Of a DNA stretch of 64,000 nucleotides, positions 20,089 to 31,145 are shown piece after piece. The translations under genes and the position numbers were made by a program. The stretch is from an uncultured bacterium (GTDB taxonomy: Bacteria; Bacillota_I; Bacilli_A; RFN20; CAG-826): assembly GCA_949297275.1 (NCBI GenBank), contig CASFQR010000007.1:2627-66626 (forward strand), given 5' to 3'. The stretch's first letter is position 1. Every line of letters starts with the position of its first letter. The notes below the pieces were generated by a model that worked only from the letters and a program-made list of their open reading frames with translations, made no database searches and had not been told where the DNA came from.

Positions 20089-21789
20089 TTATTTGATGCG
20101 CGAACCATCTTCTTCAAAGACGAAGAATTTTTTCGGAGTAAAGCGTAAAACTTTTTGTCCGACAACATCTTTGCTTAATTCACTAGGAATGATGATTTTA
20201 ACATGATGTTTTTGATCTTTAATTTTGCCAACGATGGTAATGTCGCGACCGATATGTTCCACAAAATCAACTTCGATAAAGATTTTGCCGTTTTGCGGAT
20301 CATAGGCAAAAGCTTCAGGACGCACTGCCACATTAACTTTACGATCATAAACATCTTTTTCATGCGTTTCGATACGCTTAATTGGGTCATCAGCAGGAGT
20401 TTTACCAGGATAGACCACTTCTTCTTTGGTAATTTGTTTAAAGGGATTTTGATAAATCTTATCGTTATCAAAGACGCCTTCATGAACATATAATTTACCT
20501 TTAACGATATTACCATCAAAAACATTAATGGCTGGTGAACCTAAGAATTTTGCAACAAATAAATTAGCGGGTTCATCATAAACATTTTGTGGTTTATCAA
20601 TTTGCTGAATGACGCCTTCTTTCATGACGACAATGGTATCAGAAATGGACATGGCTTCTTCTTGGTCATGGGTAACGAAGACGGTCGTAATCCCTGTTTC
20701 GCGTTGAATACGCTTAATTTCTTCACGAGTTTGTAAACGTAAACGAGCATCAAGGTTTGATAAAGGTTCATCTAAAAGTAAAACTTTCGGGCGTTTTGCT
20801 AAGGCGCGAGCAATCGCGACACGTTGTTGTTGACCACCAGATAATTCTTTAGGTTTACGGTCAAGATAAGGTTCAATGTCAACAATGCGAGCCATTTCAT
20901 GTGCGATGGCATTTTTATCTTGCTTAGTTAAGCGAGTACGCGTCGAAGAAAATTTACCTTTTAATCCTTCAATTTTTTCTTTTAAATCTGCTAAATCAGC
21001 CTTTTTTGTTTCTAAATCCGCTTTAACCTGTTCTAAAGAAGGGTCTTCGTTTGTTTCTAATTTAGCAATTTGTTGTTCGCTATTAGCAATCGCGTGTAAC
21101 GCTGCTTTATATTCTTTTTCTAATTGGACATATTCAGCGTAATTAGCTTTGGCTAAATTTAGAGCGCTTTCAGCTTTCGCTAAATCATTAGCGAGTTTTT
21201 CTAAACGATTGTTGAGTTCAACCAAACGATCGTTATTGACACTAATAGCCTTTTCAAATTGCGCTTTCTTTTCTTTAAGAACTTCAATTTCGACTTCGCT
21301 ATGATTATTCGCAACTAATTTATCAATATTAACATCAACTTTCGCACTTTCTTTTTCAAATTTAGCAATTTGCTTTTGAATATTTTTAAGATCGCGACTG
21401 GTGCTTCTAATATCACGCTTAATATCAAAAACACGATTCTTTTCCGCGCCATAAGGACCAGGTAAACGCACATTATCTAAAGGGAAAATAATGTTCTGAC
21501 GAACAGATAGATGTGGATAAAGAGCGTAGTTTTGGAAAACTAAACCAATCCCACGATTTTCAGGTGGGACATTGGTGACATCTTGGTCACCGAACCAGAT
21601 TTGACCACTGGTGGGTTTATGTAAACCAGCAATCATATAAAGAGTTGTTGATTTACCGCAACCACTAGGACCAAGTAAGCCGACTAATTTACCATCAGGA
21701 ATCGTAAAAGTCATTTGGCTAACAGCCGTCGTTTCCGCGCCTTTACGGCCAACGAAGGTCTTGGTAAGATTTTCAATTCTTACTTCCAT
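20089..21789 (-). CDS. ABC transporter ATP-binding protein (MalK/MsmK-like) carrying a coiled-coil insertion of about 190 aa between the Q-loop and the signature motif
   Basis: Walker A GPSGCGKST; signature [14 protein letters not shown] at about residue 315, against about 135 in a normal MalK; Walker B LLLDEPLSNLD; C-terminal regulatory domain. The insert is Lys/Glu/Ala-rich with heptad character. Confidence 0.85.
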   Translation of the reverse strand: MEVRIENLTKTFVGRKGAETTAVSQMTFTIPDGKLVGLLGPSGCGKSTTLYMIAGLHKPTSGQIWFGDQDVTNVPPENRGIGLVFQNYALYPHLSVRQNIIFPLDNVRLPGPYGAEKNRVFDIKRDIRSTSRDLKNIQKQIAKFEKESAKVDVNIDKLVANNHSEVEIEVLKEKKAQFEKAISVNNDRLVELNNRLEKLANDLAKAESALNLAKANYAEYVQLEKEYKAALHAIANSEQQIAKLETNEDPSLEQVKADLETKKADLADLKEKIEGLKGKFSSTRTRLTKQDKNAIAHEMARIVDIEPYLDRKPKELSGGQQQRVAIARALAKRPKVLLLDEPLSNLDARLRLQTREEIKRIQRETGITTVFVTHDQEEAMSISDTIVVMKEGVIQQIDKPQNVYDEPANLFVAKFLGSPAINVFDGNIVKGKLYVHEGVFDNDKIYQNPFKQITKEEVVYPGKTPADDPIKRIETHEKDVYDRKVNVAVRPEAFAYDPQNGKIFIEVDFVEHIGRDITIVGKIKDQKHHVKIIIPSELSKDVVGQKVLRFTPKKFFVFEEDGSRIK

Positions 21790-21985
21790 GTATTTTGTAC
21801 CTCCTAGGAAATTTGCATTGTTTATGCATGTACATTTCTAAAGAAATAATAACACAAACATTGATGAATAAACAATAAGATTTAATATGATTAAAACACA
21901 AGTTTTTTACTTGATAAAATATTAAGGTTTTGCAATATAATAATCAGAAAATTTTGAAAAAATATCCTCTTTTTGCACATCAAAA

Positions 21986-23293
21986 TTATTCATCATTTTT
22001 GGTTAAAGAAGAATTTTTATCCTCATTTTGCGGGTCTAAGATCTGCAAATCGCCACTATTTTCCTTAATTAATTTATCGACAGCATCTTGATTGACAATT
22101 TTATCCCCTATTTGAATAATATTTTGATTGACGAGTGGCTTCTTCTTATAGGCAGCAATCTTCCTTGCTAATTCACTTTCAATATCTTCTTCTTGATTCA
22201 AATTATCAAACCACACAGATTTTTTCGTATCAATCACATAAGTTAAGGCAATATAATCGTGGAGAGTTTTATGTTTTTTATTAAAGATTGTAATTATAAA
22301 TAAAACAAAACAACCAGCTAAAAGGGTAGCTAGATAAGACAAAATATAATTAATATTAAATTGGGCGGAGAAAATAGGAATAACGAAAAAGAAAACGCAA
22401 ATTTCAAAAATAAAGACTAATTGTCTTAAGAATATCTGCAATTTAGAAACTTGAAATTCTTTTTCATTTATTAACCCTAGCGATAACATTTTTTTACATA
22501 AAGTTTCGCCATTTTTAAATAAAAGTGGAACCATAAAATAATAAATTAATAAACAGATGAAAAAAGGAGGTAGATAAACCGCCATCGTCGCATTCATAAT
22601 CGCCTGATAATATTCTTGATAATAAGGGGAATAATACATATCCGCATTCGCCTCATAAATTGCTTGTTTAAAGAAATTGATAGCGTTTAATGCATTAACA
22701 TCATTATCTTCTTTTAATTCAATTATTTGACTATTCTCACTATTTAAAACAAATAAAGATTCTGGATTATCAAGATCAACAATGTTATTTAAATACCATT
22801 CAAATGTGTAATATTCACTTGGTAAAATTTCACTACCATCCGCCAAAATAAGCGGTTCATTATAATTAGGAGCCCTTAAAAGATTTAAATCAAAATTCTC
22901 GCTCGGCGCGATTAAATTTAAGCCGGTTTTATATGATAAATAATAATAACGAACATACTTTTCATAATCTTGAAAAGTAGGATTATCAATGACACCTTCA
23001 ATATCTTGGACTGAAATAATATTTGAGGAATAATCTAAATTGATTTTGCCTAAATCGTTCACTTCAAGGATGCGTGAGACACCATTATTATCCGTTTCAA
23101 CATAAACATATAAATGCGAAAAGACATTCATTTGGACAACGCTATTAATATTATTTTCTAAATTCATGGTTGCATCCATCAAGGGATTAAAGGCAAAGAC
23201 TACTAAAACTAAATAACTAAAAATAAATAATAAGACATCTAAGATGGACGCTAAAACGCGCTTAGCTAAATTACCAACAACAATATTTTTCAT
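21986..23293 (-). CDS. RDD-family-like membrane protein with a large extracytoplasmic insert
   Basis: N-terminal RDD-like motif (RVLASILDVLLFIFSYLVLVV), then about 200 aa of non-membrane sequence, then about 4 TMs. Paralog of 23290..24456. Confidence 0.5.
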   Translation of the reverse strand: MKNIVVGNLAKRVLASILDVLLFIFSYLVLVVFAFNPLMDATMNLENNINSVVQMNVFSHLYVYVETDNNGVSRILEVNDLGKINLDYSSNIISVQDIEGVIDNPTFQDYEKYVRYYYLSYKTGLNLIAPSENFDLNLLRAPNYNEPLILADGSEILPSEYYTFEWYLNNIVDLDNPESLFVLNSENSQIIELKEDNDVNALNAINFFKQAIYEANADMYYSPYYQEYYQAIMNATMAVYLPPFFICLLIYYFMVPLLFKNGETLCKKMLSLGLINEKEFQVSKLQIFLRQLVFIFEICVFFFVIPIFSAQFNINYILSYLATLLAGCFVLFIITIFNKKHKTLHDYIALTYVIDTKKSVWFDNLNQEEDIESELARKIAAYKKKPLVNQNIIQIGDKIVNQDAVDKLIKENSGDLQILDPQNEDKNSSLTKNDE

Positions 23294-24456
23294 TTTTTAT
23301 ATTGTTTCCGATCATAACTTAGAGGTACTTCGCCAAATTTCTTTAAATCTGGTTCAATATTTTCTTCTTTTGATAATTCAATTTCTTCTTCAATTGGATC
23401 TTTATAAATACACGAATTCTTCGCATCGATCACAATTGTAAAAGATAAATAATCATGCAAGGCTGAATGTTTAGGGGAAGCCATGGTGAAAACCCAAGAA
23501 ATTAATAATGGAACAATTAAAATCATCACATTGAGATATAAATTGATGTTCGGCGTCACTAAAAAGACAAATAAGAATAATAAAATAGCAATAATTGGAC
23601 GAAAAATAACTCGGTATCTACTTAAAGCATAGCCATCACTGTTACATAAGCCTAATTTAAAAATAAGTTTACCAAGCGTTTGACCTTGTTTAAAAATTAA
23701 GGGGAATAAAAGATAAGTTATTAAGATAGCAATTAAGATTGGAATTAGTATTGAAATACCTTGCATAAAATTTAAATTTAAGCGCACAGGCAAATAAAAA
23801 CTTTGATAAGTTAAATTATCATAAGCTTCCATATAGCGATTGCCATAATAGACACATAAATCTAATTGAGAAATTGGTAAAACACTACTACTAGAAGCAT
23901 CGTAATGTTTCTCTTTAGCGACACCTATTTTAGTTTGATCATATTGGCCACTACTATCTTTTTGATAAGTAAAATATCCCGTGTCATTTACATCATCTGG
24001 ATCAATACCAATCCCTAAAATTGTTTTGTTATACCACGCGATTGTGTAATAATCTTTTGGGAAAACTTCCTCACCATCTTCGAGCACAATTACTTCATTA
24101 CAATTAGGTGCAGCCTCATTAATATCAATCCCTTCGCCCGTTAAATAACTTAAATAATAATAAGTTAAGGCATTTTCGTAGATATGATAATCAGGATTAT
24201 TTACATCGTGCTCATAATACATTGGAAAACCATCATCATCGCGATAAAAAAGGTGCGAGGAGATTTGATAATCATTTAATTGATTGATTTTTTGATTATT
24301 GCCTTCGCGAAAAGCAAAATAAAAAGCCCCATAATATAAACCCAGAGTTAAAGCAAAACATATGACAAAATCAACAATTGCCGCCATATAGCGGCTACCA
24401 AAAGTCGCTAGGAGGGTTCTACGAGGCAAAGTGTTTCTATCGCGAATCTTTGACAT
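23290..24456 (-). CDS. RDD-family-like membrane protein, paralog of the preceding gene; 4-nt overlap
   Basis: RRTLLATFGSRYMAAIVDFVICFALTLGLYY is an RDD-like N-terminus; architecture as 21986..23293. Confidence 0.5.
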   Translation of the reverse strand: MSKIRDRNTLPRRTLLATFGSRYMAAIVDFVICFALTLGLYYGAFYFAFREGNNQKINQLNDYQISSHLFYRDDDGFPMYYEHDVNNPDYHIYENALTYYYLSYLTGEGIDINEAAPNCNEVIVLEDGEEVFPKDYYTIAWYNKTILGIGIDPDDVNDTGYFTYQKDSSGQYDQTKIGVAKEKHYDASSSSVLPISQLDLCVYYGNRYMEAYDNLTYQSFYLPVRLNLNFMQGISILIPILIAILITYLLFPLIFKQGQTLGKLIFKLGLCNSDGYALSRYRVIFRPIIAILLFLFVFLVTPNINLYLNVMILIVPLLISWVFTMASPKHSALHDYLSFTIVIDAKNSCIYKDPIEEEIELSKEENIEPDLKKFGEVPLSYDRKQYKK

Positions 24457-24515
24457 AAAAAAATTATCGTTTTATTAAAAATAAAAAGCAATAACAATTA
24501 ATGAAAACCTTCTAA

Positions 24516-25073
24516 TCACTGAATATTGTTTTCAATACTATTTAGATAATTTTCGATTTCTTCGACTTCCCAATCTAACGCTTGTCGAACACCTTCGACT
24601 TTTGCATCATAATCGTAGCTGCTATAACCAACAAAATAATAATGACCTTCATTTGATAAAAAGATTAGGCCCATCGTATTAAAGTCGCGAGAATTAAGAT
24701 CATTTTCACAAAGTGGTAAACCAAAATTAGCAATAAAATCTAATAAATACATCCGATTAAAAAGATTATCAGCGCTTTCTAGTTCAGCGTCACTACCACC
24801 ACTAGATAATGGTAATTTATATTCATATCCAATAGAGGGAAAACCATTTTCATCAAGAATATTCCAATCAATATAAGCAACATAGTTATTAACATTATCA
24901 GTGTACATATATGATTCACCGAAATAATGTATCTCATATCCCTTGGCAATAACTTCATTACAATAGTCAGTAATTAAGGTTCCAATATGCGTTGATTCAT
25001 AAACAGGGACATAAGGTCCACAAGAAGTTAATAGACTAACTAAGATAAGAAGTGGATATATAGTTTTTTTCAT
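24516..25073 (-). CDS. small lipoprotein
   Basis: Lipobox LTSCG; 185 aa. Confidence 0.55.
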   Translation of the reverse strand: MKKTIYPLLILVSLLTSCGPYVPVYESTHIGTLITDYCNEVIAKGYEIHYFGESYMYTDNVNNYVAYIDWNILDENGFPSIGYEYKLPLSSGGSDAELESADNLFNRMYLLDFIANFGLPLCENDLNSRDFNTMGLIFLSNEGHYYFVGYSSYDYDAKVEGVRQALDWEVEEIENYLNSIENNIQ

Positions 25074-25192
25074 AATTTTGTACCTCTAAATTTAAAATAA
25101 CATAAAAATAATAAAAAACAATTTTCGTTTAATTAATTAAAAAGCCCCTAACCATTAGGTTAGAGGCTAATAATCAATAAATATTAATTAAA

Positions 25193-26371
25193 TTATTTAA
25201 TGATGTCAGTAACGGTACCACTACCAACAGTACGACCACCTTCACGGATGGAGAATTTGGTACCTTTTTCAATCGCGACTGGGTGAATTAATTCAACGGT
25301 TAATTCAACATTATCGCCAGGCATAACCATCTTCACATCAGCAGGAAGAGTGATAACACCAGTAATATCGGTTGTACGGAAATAGAATTGAGGACGATAA
25401 TTGCTTAAGAAAGCTGTATGACGTCCGCCTTCTTCTTTCTTTAAGACGTAAACACTCGCGGTGAATTTGGTATGAGGAACGATCGAACCGGGTTTAGCTA
25501 AGACTTGACCACGGACAACTTGTTCACGGTTAATACCACGTAATAAGGCACCGATATTATCGCCTGGTTCAGCGTAGTCTAAGAGTTTACGGAACATTTC
25601 AATACCAGTGACAACGGTCTTTTGAGTTGGTTTAATACCAACAATTTCAACTTCGTCATTGAGTTTGAGAATACCACGTTCAACTCTACCAGTAACAACA
25701 GTGCCACGACCAGTGATTGTTAAAACATCTTCGATTGGGAGAAGGAATGGTTTGTCCTTATCATGAACTGGGAGTGGGAAATAGGTATCAAGAGCATTAA
25801 GTAATTCTTCGATACATTTGTCATCTTTACCTTCAAGGGCAAGACGCGCACTACCACGAACTACAGGTAAATCATCACCTGGGAAACCGAATTCAGAAAG
25901 AACACTACGAACATCCATTTCAACTAAATCAATGAGTTCTGGGTCATCAACTAAGTCGACTTTGTTTAAGAAGACAATGATGTAAGGAACACCAACTTGA
26001 CGAGCAAGAAGAATGTGTTCACGAGTTTGCGGCATGACACCATCGGTCGCAGCAACAACTAAGATTGCTCCGTCCATTTGGGCCGCACCAGTAATCATGT
26101 TTTTAACGTAGTCAGCGTGCCCTGGGCAGTCAACGTGCGCATAGTGACGATTTTCTGTTTCGTACTCAATATGAGCGGTATTGATGGTAATACCACGAGC
26201 CTTTTCTTCAGGAGCGGCATCAATTTCATCATAACCTTTTTTAGCCGCCATACCTTTATTAGCAAGGTAAGCAGTGATAGCAGCAGTTAAAGTTGTTTTA
26301 CCATGGTCAACGTGTCCAATGGTACCAACATTAAGATGTGGTTTGCTTCTATCAAATTTTTGTTTTGCCAT
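25193..26371 (-). CDS. tuf: elongation factor Tu
   Basis: [28 protein letters not shown]...; 392 aa; G1-G4 motifs present. Confidence 0.97.
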   Translation of the reverse strand: MAKQKFDRSKPHLNVGTIGHVDHGKTTLTAAITAYLANKGMAAKKGYDEIDAAPEEKARGITINTAHIEYETENRHYAHVDCPGHADYVKNMITGAAQMDGAILVVAATDGVMPQTREHILLARQVGVPYIIVFLNKVDLVDDPELIDLVEMDVRSVLSEFGFPGDDLPVVRGSARLALEGKDDKCIEELLNALDTYFPLPVHDKDKPFLLPIEDVLTITGRGTVVTGRVERGILKLNDEVEIVGIKPTQKTVVTGIEMFRKLLDYAEPGDNIGALLRGINREQVVRGQVLAKPGSIVPHTKFTASVYVLKKEEGGRHTAFLSNYRPQFYFRTTDITGVITLPADVKMVMPGDNVELTVELIHPVAIEKGTKFSIREGGRTVGSGTVTDIIK

Positions 26372-26468
26372 TAGAATTTCCTCCTTTTTTGTTCTTAAAA
26401 TTCTGCGAATTCATAATATAGCAACGAATTTATAAAATCAACACAAAGTGTTAATTTAACCATAATGG

Positions 26469-28544
26469 TTATTGCTTCATCCCAGATTTTTTCACAATTT
26501 CATCTTGGACGAAGCGTGGACATTCACCATAGTGATCGAATTGCATTGTATAGTTGCCTCGACCTTGGGTGAAAGAACGTAAATCGGTAACATACCCAAA
26601 CATTTCCGCTAATGGGACTTCCGCATCAACGACTTTAGCGTTACCTCTTTGCGTTTCTCCAGTCATTTGTCCCCGACGGCGAGTAATATCTGAAATGACA
26701 TCGCCATAATATTGTTCAGGAACGGTGATTTCAACTTTCATAATTGGTTCTAAAATGACTGGGTTACATTTTTTAGCAGCTTCTTTAAGGGCTAAAGAAG
26801 CAGCAATTTTATAAGCGGCTTCACTACTATCGACATCGTGGCTAGAACCATCGAATAAAGTCGCTTTAAGATCGATGACAGGATAGCCAGCAATTAAGCC
26901 TCTTTGCATCGCATCGACTAAGCCATCTTGCGTTGGACGAATATATTCTTTTGGAACAGTACCACCTACAACCGCATCGATAAATTCAAAGCCTTTACCA
27001 GGGTTAGGTTCAAAGCGTAACCAAACATGACCATATTGACCACGACCACCACTTTGTTTGATGTATTTACCTTCGCATTCCGCGCTTTGACGAATCGTTT
27101 CGCGATAACCAACTTGCGGTGCTCCGACATTAACTTGCACACCAAATTCTCTTTTTAAACGGTCGACAATAATATCGAGATGGAGTTCACCAACCCCAGC
27201 AATAATAGTTTGACCAGTTTCTGGATTAGTGTGCACTTTAAATGTTGGATCTTCTTCCGCTAATTTAAGTAAAGCAATTGTCATCTTTTCTTGATCGGAT
27301 TTCGATTTAGGTTCAACCGCTTCTTCAATTACTGGTTCAGGGAATTCCATTCTCTCTAAGACTACCGGATTCTTTTCATCGCAAAGGGTATCGCCAGTAG
27401 TTGTATTTTTTAATCCAACAATCGCTCCAATATCACCAGCGTGCAAAGCATCAACTTCTTGACGGTGATTCGAGTGCATCAAGACGACACGCGCGATGCG
27501 CTCCTTAACTCCTTTGGTGGAATTTAAGACATAAGAACCACTCTTTAAGGTGCCACTATAAATACGGACATAAGCTAAGCGACCAATGAAAGGATCGGTA
27601 GCAATCTTAAAGGCTAGGGCCGCTAAAGGGGCGTTATCATCAGGTTTACAAATGACTTTGTTACCTTCATTATCTTCCCCTTCCGCACTAGGAATATCAA
27701 GCGGACTAGGTAAATAATCTATTACACCATCTAAAAGTAATTGAATACCTTTATTTTTATAAGCTGAGCCGCAGAAAACTGGGAAGAACTCACCAGTTAA
27801 AACGGCTTTACGAATCGTTGATTTAATCATCTCAATTGGCACTTCTTCACCTTCGAGCACCATGAGCATTAAATCATCATCAAAGGCAGCCAGAGCTTCA
27901 AGTAATTTCAAACGAAGTTCTTCGACTTTATCAACATATTCTTCAGGAATTTGTCCTTCTTTAGGGGCTTCAGTTTTATCATCGCTATAAAACCAAGCGC
28001 GGCGTTCAATTAAGTCGATAACCCCTTTTAAAGATGATTCGCGACCAATTGGATATTGCACAGCCGCCGCATTAGCCGCTAAACGTTCATGTAAAGAGTT
28101 AACGCACATGTCAAAGTCCGCCCCAATCGCATCCATCTTATTGACAAAGACAATGCGAGGAACACCATATTTGCTACCTTGACGCCAAACTGTTTCGGTT
28201 TGAGGTTCAACACCATTTTTACCATCTAAAACAGTCACCGCACCATCTAAAACACGTAAAGAACGTTCGACTTCGACTGTAAAGTCAACATGCCCAGGAG
28301 TGTCAATAATATTGATACGATTGCCTTTCCAAAAAGCAGTTGTCGCCGCCGAAGTAATGGTAATACCTCTTTCTTGTTCTTGTTCCATCCAGTCCATCGT
28401 CGCCGCTCCTTCATGAACTTCGCCGATTTTATGGATTTTACCAGTATAGAATAAGATACGTTCGGTTGTCGTTGTTTTACCAGCGTCAATATGGGCCATA
28501 ATACCAATATTACGCGTATGTTCTAAATCATATTCACGAGCCAT
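26469..28544 (-). CDS. fusA: elongation factor G
   Basis: [15 protein letters not shown]...; 691 aa. Confidence 0.97.
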   Translation of the reverse strand: MAREYDLEHTRNIGIMAHIDAGKTTTTERILFYTGKIHKIGEVHEGAATMDWMEQEQERGITITSAATTAFWKGNRINIIDTPGHVDFTVEVERSLRVLDGAVTVLDGKNGVEPQTETVWRQGSKYGVPRIVFVNKMDAIGADFDMCVNSLHERLAANAAAVQYPIGRESSLKGVIDLIERRAWFYSDDKTEAPKEGQIPEEYVDKVEELRLKLLEALAAFDDDLMLMVLEGEEVPIEMIKSTIRKAVLTGEFFPVFCGSAYKNKGIQLLLDGVIDYLPSPLDIPSAEGEDNEGNKVICKPDDNAPLAALAFKIATDPFIGRLAYVRIYSGTLKSGSYVLNSTKGVKERIARVVLMHSNHRQEVDALHAGDIGAIVGLKNTTTGDTLCDEKNPVVLERMEFPEPVIEEAVEPKSKSDQEKMTIALLKLAEEDPTFKVHTNPETGQTIIAGVGELHLDIIVDRLKREFGVQVNVGAPQVGYRETIRQSAECEGKYIKQSGGRGQYGHVWLRFEPNPGKGFEFIDAVVGGTVPKEYIRPTQDGLVDAMQRGLIAGYPVIDLKATLFDGSSHDVDSSEAAYKIAASLALKEAAKKCNPVILEPIMKVEITVPEQYYGDVISDITRRRGQMTGETQRGNAKVVDAEVPLAEMFGYVTDLRSFTQGRGNYTMQFDHYGECPRFVQDEIVKKSGMKQ

Positions 28545-28559
28545 GGTATTACTCCTTGA

Positions 28560-29030
28560 TTACCAACGATAATGCGCGTAAGCCTTGTTGGCTTCAGCCA
28601 TACGATGGGTTTCTTCTTTCTTCTTAATTGAGGCCCCAACACCATTAGCCGCATCAATAATTTCGTTAGCTAAACGAACTTCCATTGATTTTTCATTTCT
28701 TAAACGGGAATAATTGACTAACCATCTTAAGCCAAGAGTAATTTTTCTTTCTTTAGAAACTTCAATTGGGACTTGATAGTTAGCCGCTCCGATACGACGA
28801 ACCTTAAGTTCGAGTTCAGGCATAATGTTATTGATGGCAGTCGCAAAGACATCCATCGCTGGTTTACCAGTTTGTTTTTCAATTAATTTAAAAGCATTGT
28901 ATAGAATCGTTTCCGCTGTTCCTCTTTTACCATCAATCATCAAACGATTAATTAAACGAGTCACAAGTTTTGATGAATAAATTGGATCAGGTAAAACTTC
29001 TCTTTTGCTAATATAACCTTTACGTGGCAT
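28560..29030 (-). CDS. rpsG: 30S ribosomal protein S7
   Basis: 156 aa; typical S7 sequence; str-operon position. Confidence 0.95.
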   Translation of the reverse strand: MPRKGYISKREVLPDPIYSSKLVTRLINRLMIDGKRGTAETILYNAFKLIEKQTGKPAMDVFATAINNIMPELELKVRRIGAANYQVPIEVSKERKITLGLRWLVNYSRLRNEKSMEVRLANEIIDAANGVGASIKKKEETHRMAEANKAYAHYRW

Positions 29031-29047
29031 ATTTATCTTCTCCTTTC

Positions 29048-29467
29048 CTATTTATTCTCTTTAGGTTTCTTCGTTCCATATAATGAACGACCTTGACGAC
29101 GCGCATCAATTCCCGCGCAGTCAAGCGTACCTCTAACGATGTGATAACGCACACCAGGTAAGTCTTTAACACGGCCACCACGAATAATCACGGTTGAGTG
29201 CTCTTGTAGATTATGACCTTCCCCACCAATATAGGCAGTGACTTCATAACCATTTGATAAGCGCACACGAGCGTATTTTCTTAAAGCCGAGTTAGGTTTT
29301 TTTGGAGTCATGACACCAACACGAGTGCAGACACCTCTTTTTTGTGAACAATTTTGATTAGTTTCTTTGCTATGTAAAGAATTCCATCTTTTACCAAGCG
29401 CGGGTGCCTTCGTTTTCTTAACCGATTTTGAACGCCCTTCTTTAACTAATTGATTAATTGTCGGCAT
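29048..29467 (-). CDS. rpsL: 30S ribosomal protein S12
   Basis: MPTINQLV...[31 protein letters not shown]. Confidence 0.95.
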   Translation of the reverse strand: MPTINQLVKEGRSKSVKKTKAPALGKRWNSLHSKETNQNCSQKRGVCTRVGVMTPKKPNSALRKYARVRLSNGYEVTAYIGGEGHNLQEHSTVIIRGGRVKDLPGVRYHIVRGTLDCAGIDARRQGRSLYGTKKPKENK

Positions 29468-29744
29468 TGAATTTTCCTCCTCAATATCATCGTGTTATTT
29501 GTACACATTCTCGGGTGTATCATCAACTTTCAAAAAAAATGATGATTTCCCTTTTATGGGCACATCGCGCTTAATTATATACTGATTGAGATATTTCGCA
29601 AGTGAAAAATATGATTTTTATAGTTAAATCTACGAATTAACTTAATTTAAGTATTATTAAAGCACAAAAACAAAATTTTAAATTAATCCAAAAAATCGCT
29701 TTTAAAACATTTAAAAATCTAAAATAGATATTTTAATATTTCAC

Positions 29745-30983
29745 TTAGTTTTGTAATTGAGAAGAATCAGTAAGTGGAAACGGGACAAAACTTTCTAAAT
29801 CACTAGGAAAAGCTAATTCAATAGCCGCAAAATCAAAGGTGAAGCTAGTATTAAAAATTATATCGGCGGTTGTGGTGTCTGTTATGGAGGTAGTAACTAC
29901 ATTTTCATCGCCACTAGAAGAACTAGAAGTAGAACTTAGCCCGACCCTCATATCAACATCAGTCGCAAGATAAGAAACATAGCCACTTTCATTGATAATA
30001 ATATCAAAATTAAAATTGTTGACGCCAAATAAATCACCCATGATTTCTTTAACGTCCTCGACAGTATAAGGTGGAACACTGGGATCGGAACTTGAAAGAA
30101 TAGAAGCCAAAAACTCGCAATATTCGTCTTCAGTTATATTAATATTAATCAAAGTATCTTCACCGTTGCTTTTACAAGTAAAGAATTCTTTTAATAGTGG
30201 CGATGTGGTGAATGCATCATTAAAACTCTGGATTAATTCTTCAGAAGTTGGCAGCGAAGCAATAACATCACTAACCACAGGTAAAGGCGAGGAAGTAGAA
30301 TTATTTAAAGAACTTAAATCAAAGACAATTTTTTCTCCCATTTGCTCTAACATTGAAGCAATTTGTTCAACTTGATTTTCATCCCCATGAGAAAAAAGAG
30401 GAATAATTTCTAAGACTTGATCATAAATGTCACTCCCAGTGACATCAAGATATAAATCAGTTCCTTGTAAATAGGCATCAATACTATCAAAATTAATTTC
30501 AAACGCGACACTATTATTATCATCAGCCTTAGCGGCGAAATTAAAATCAGTATTACTAATATTGGCAACCGCCTTAAAAGCTTGATCAACTGTTTTAGTC
30601 GCGTCCATATTAATCGCTAAACCAATATCACTAGTTAAAGAAATTTTTGAATTAAGAGTACTACTACTTTCTAATTCACCGTCGACAAATGTTTGACTTG
30701 TTGTTGTCTTATCAATTTTCACATCAGTTAAATCTGCATTAATTTTTAAGCTTTCAGCGTTTAAAGTATTTTCGTAGGCTAAAGCAAAAACTTTTAAACC
30801 GTCTTCTAAGGTAATGTCTTGACTAAAATCATTGATATCAGGCACCGATGTCGAGATATCATCGTTACTAGTTGTGCTAGAATCCATTTCACTACCACTA
30901 CTAGACGAAGAAGTTGTTACTTTGCAAGCATCTAAAGTAAAAAGCAATGCGATTGAGCCAATTAAAGGTAATATTTTTTTCAT
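29745..30983 (-). CDS. Ser/Thr/Asp-rich surface lipoprotein, partner of M6 peptidase module B
   Basis: Signal peptide with a Cys at LDAC; acidic low-complexity sequence. Confidence 0.55.
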   Translation of the reverse strand: MKKILPLIGSIALLFTLDACKVTTSSSSSGSEMDSSTTSNDDISTSVPDINDFSQDITLEDGLKVFALAYENTLNAESLKINADLTDVKIDKTTTSQTFVDGELESSSTLNSKISLTSDIGLAINMDATKTVDQAFKAVANISNTDFNFAAKADDNNSVAFEINFDSIDAYLQGTDLYLDVTGSDIYDQVLEIIPLFSHGDENQVEQIASMLEQMGEKIVFDLSSLNNSTSSPLPVVSDVIASLPTSEELIQSFNDAFTTSPLLKEFFTCKSNGEDTLININITEDEYCEFLASILSSSDPSVPPYTVEDVKEIMGDLFGVNNFNFDIIINESGYVSYLATDVDMRVGLSSTSSSSSGDENVVTTSITDTTTADIIFNTSFTFDFAAIELAFPSDLESFVPFPLTDSSQLQN

Positions 30984-31145
30984 TTTATTTTTCTCCTTGA
31001 TTTTTGTTTTTTTAATTGTATCGATATAAAAAAATTATGCAATAAAATTAAAAGACAGGTGGAGTAAAAATGATATGGATTTTTAACTAAACACTAAGAA
31101 TAAATCTTGTTAATAAATGCATCAGTTATGGTTGATATAATTGTT

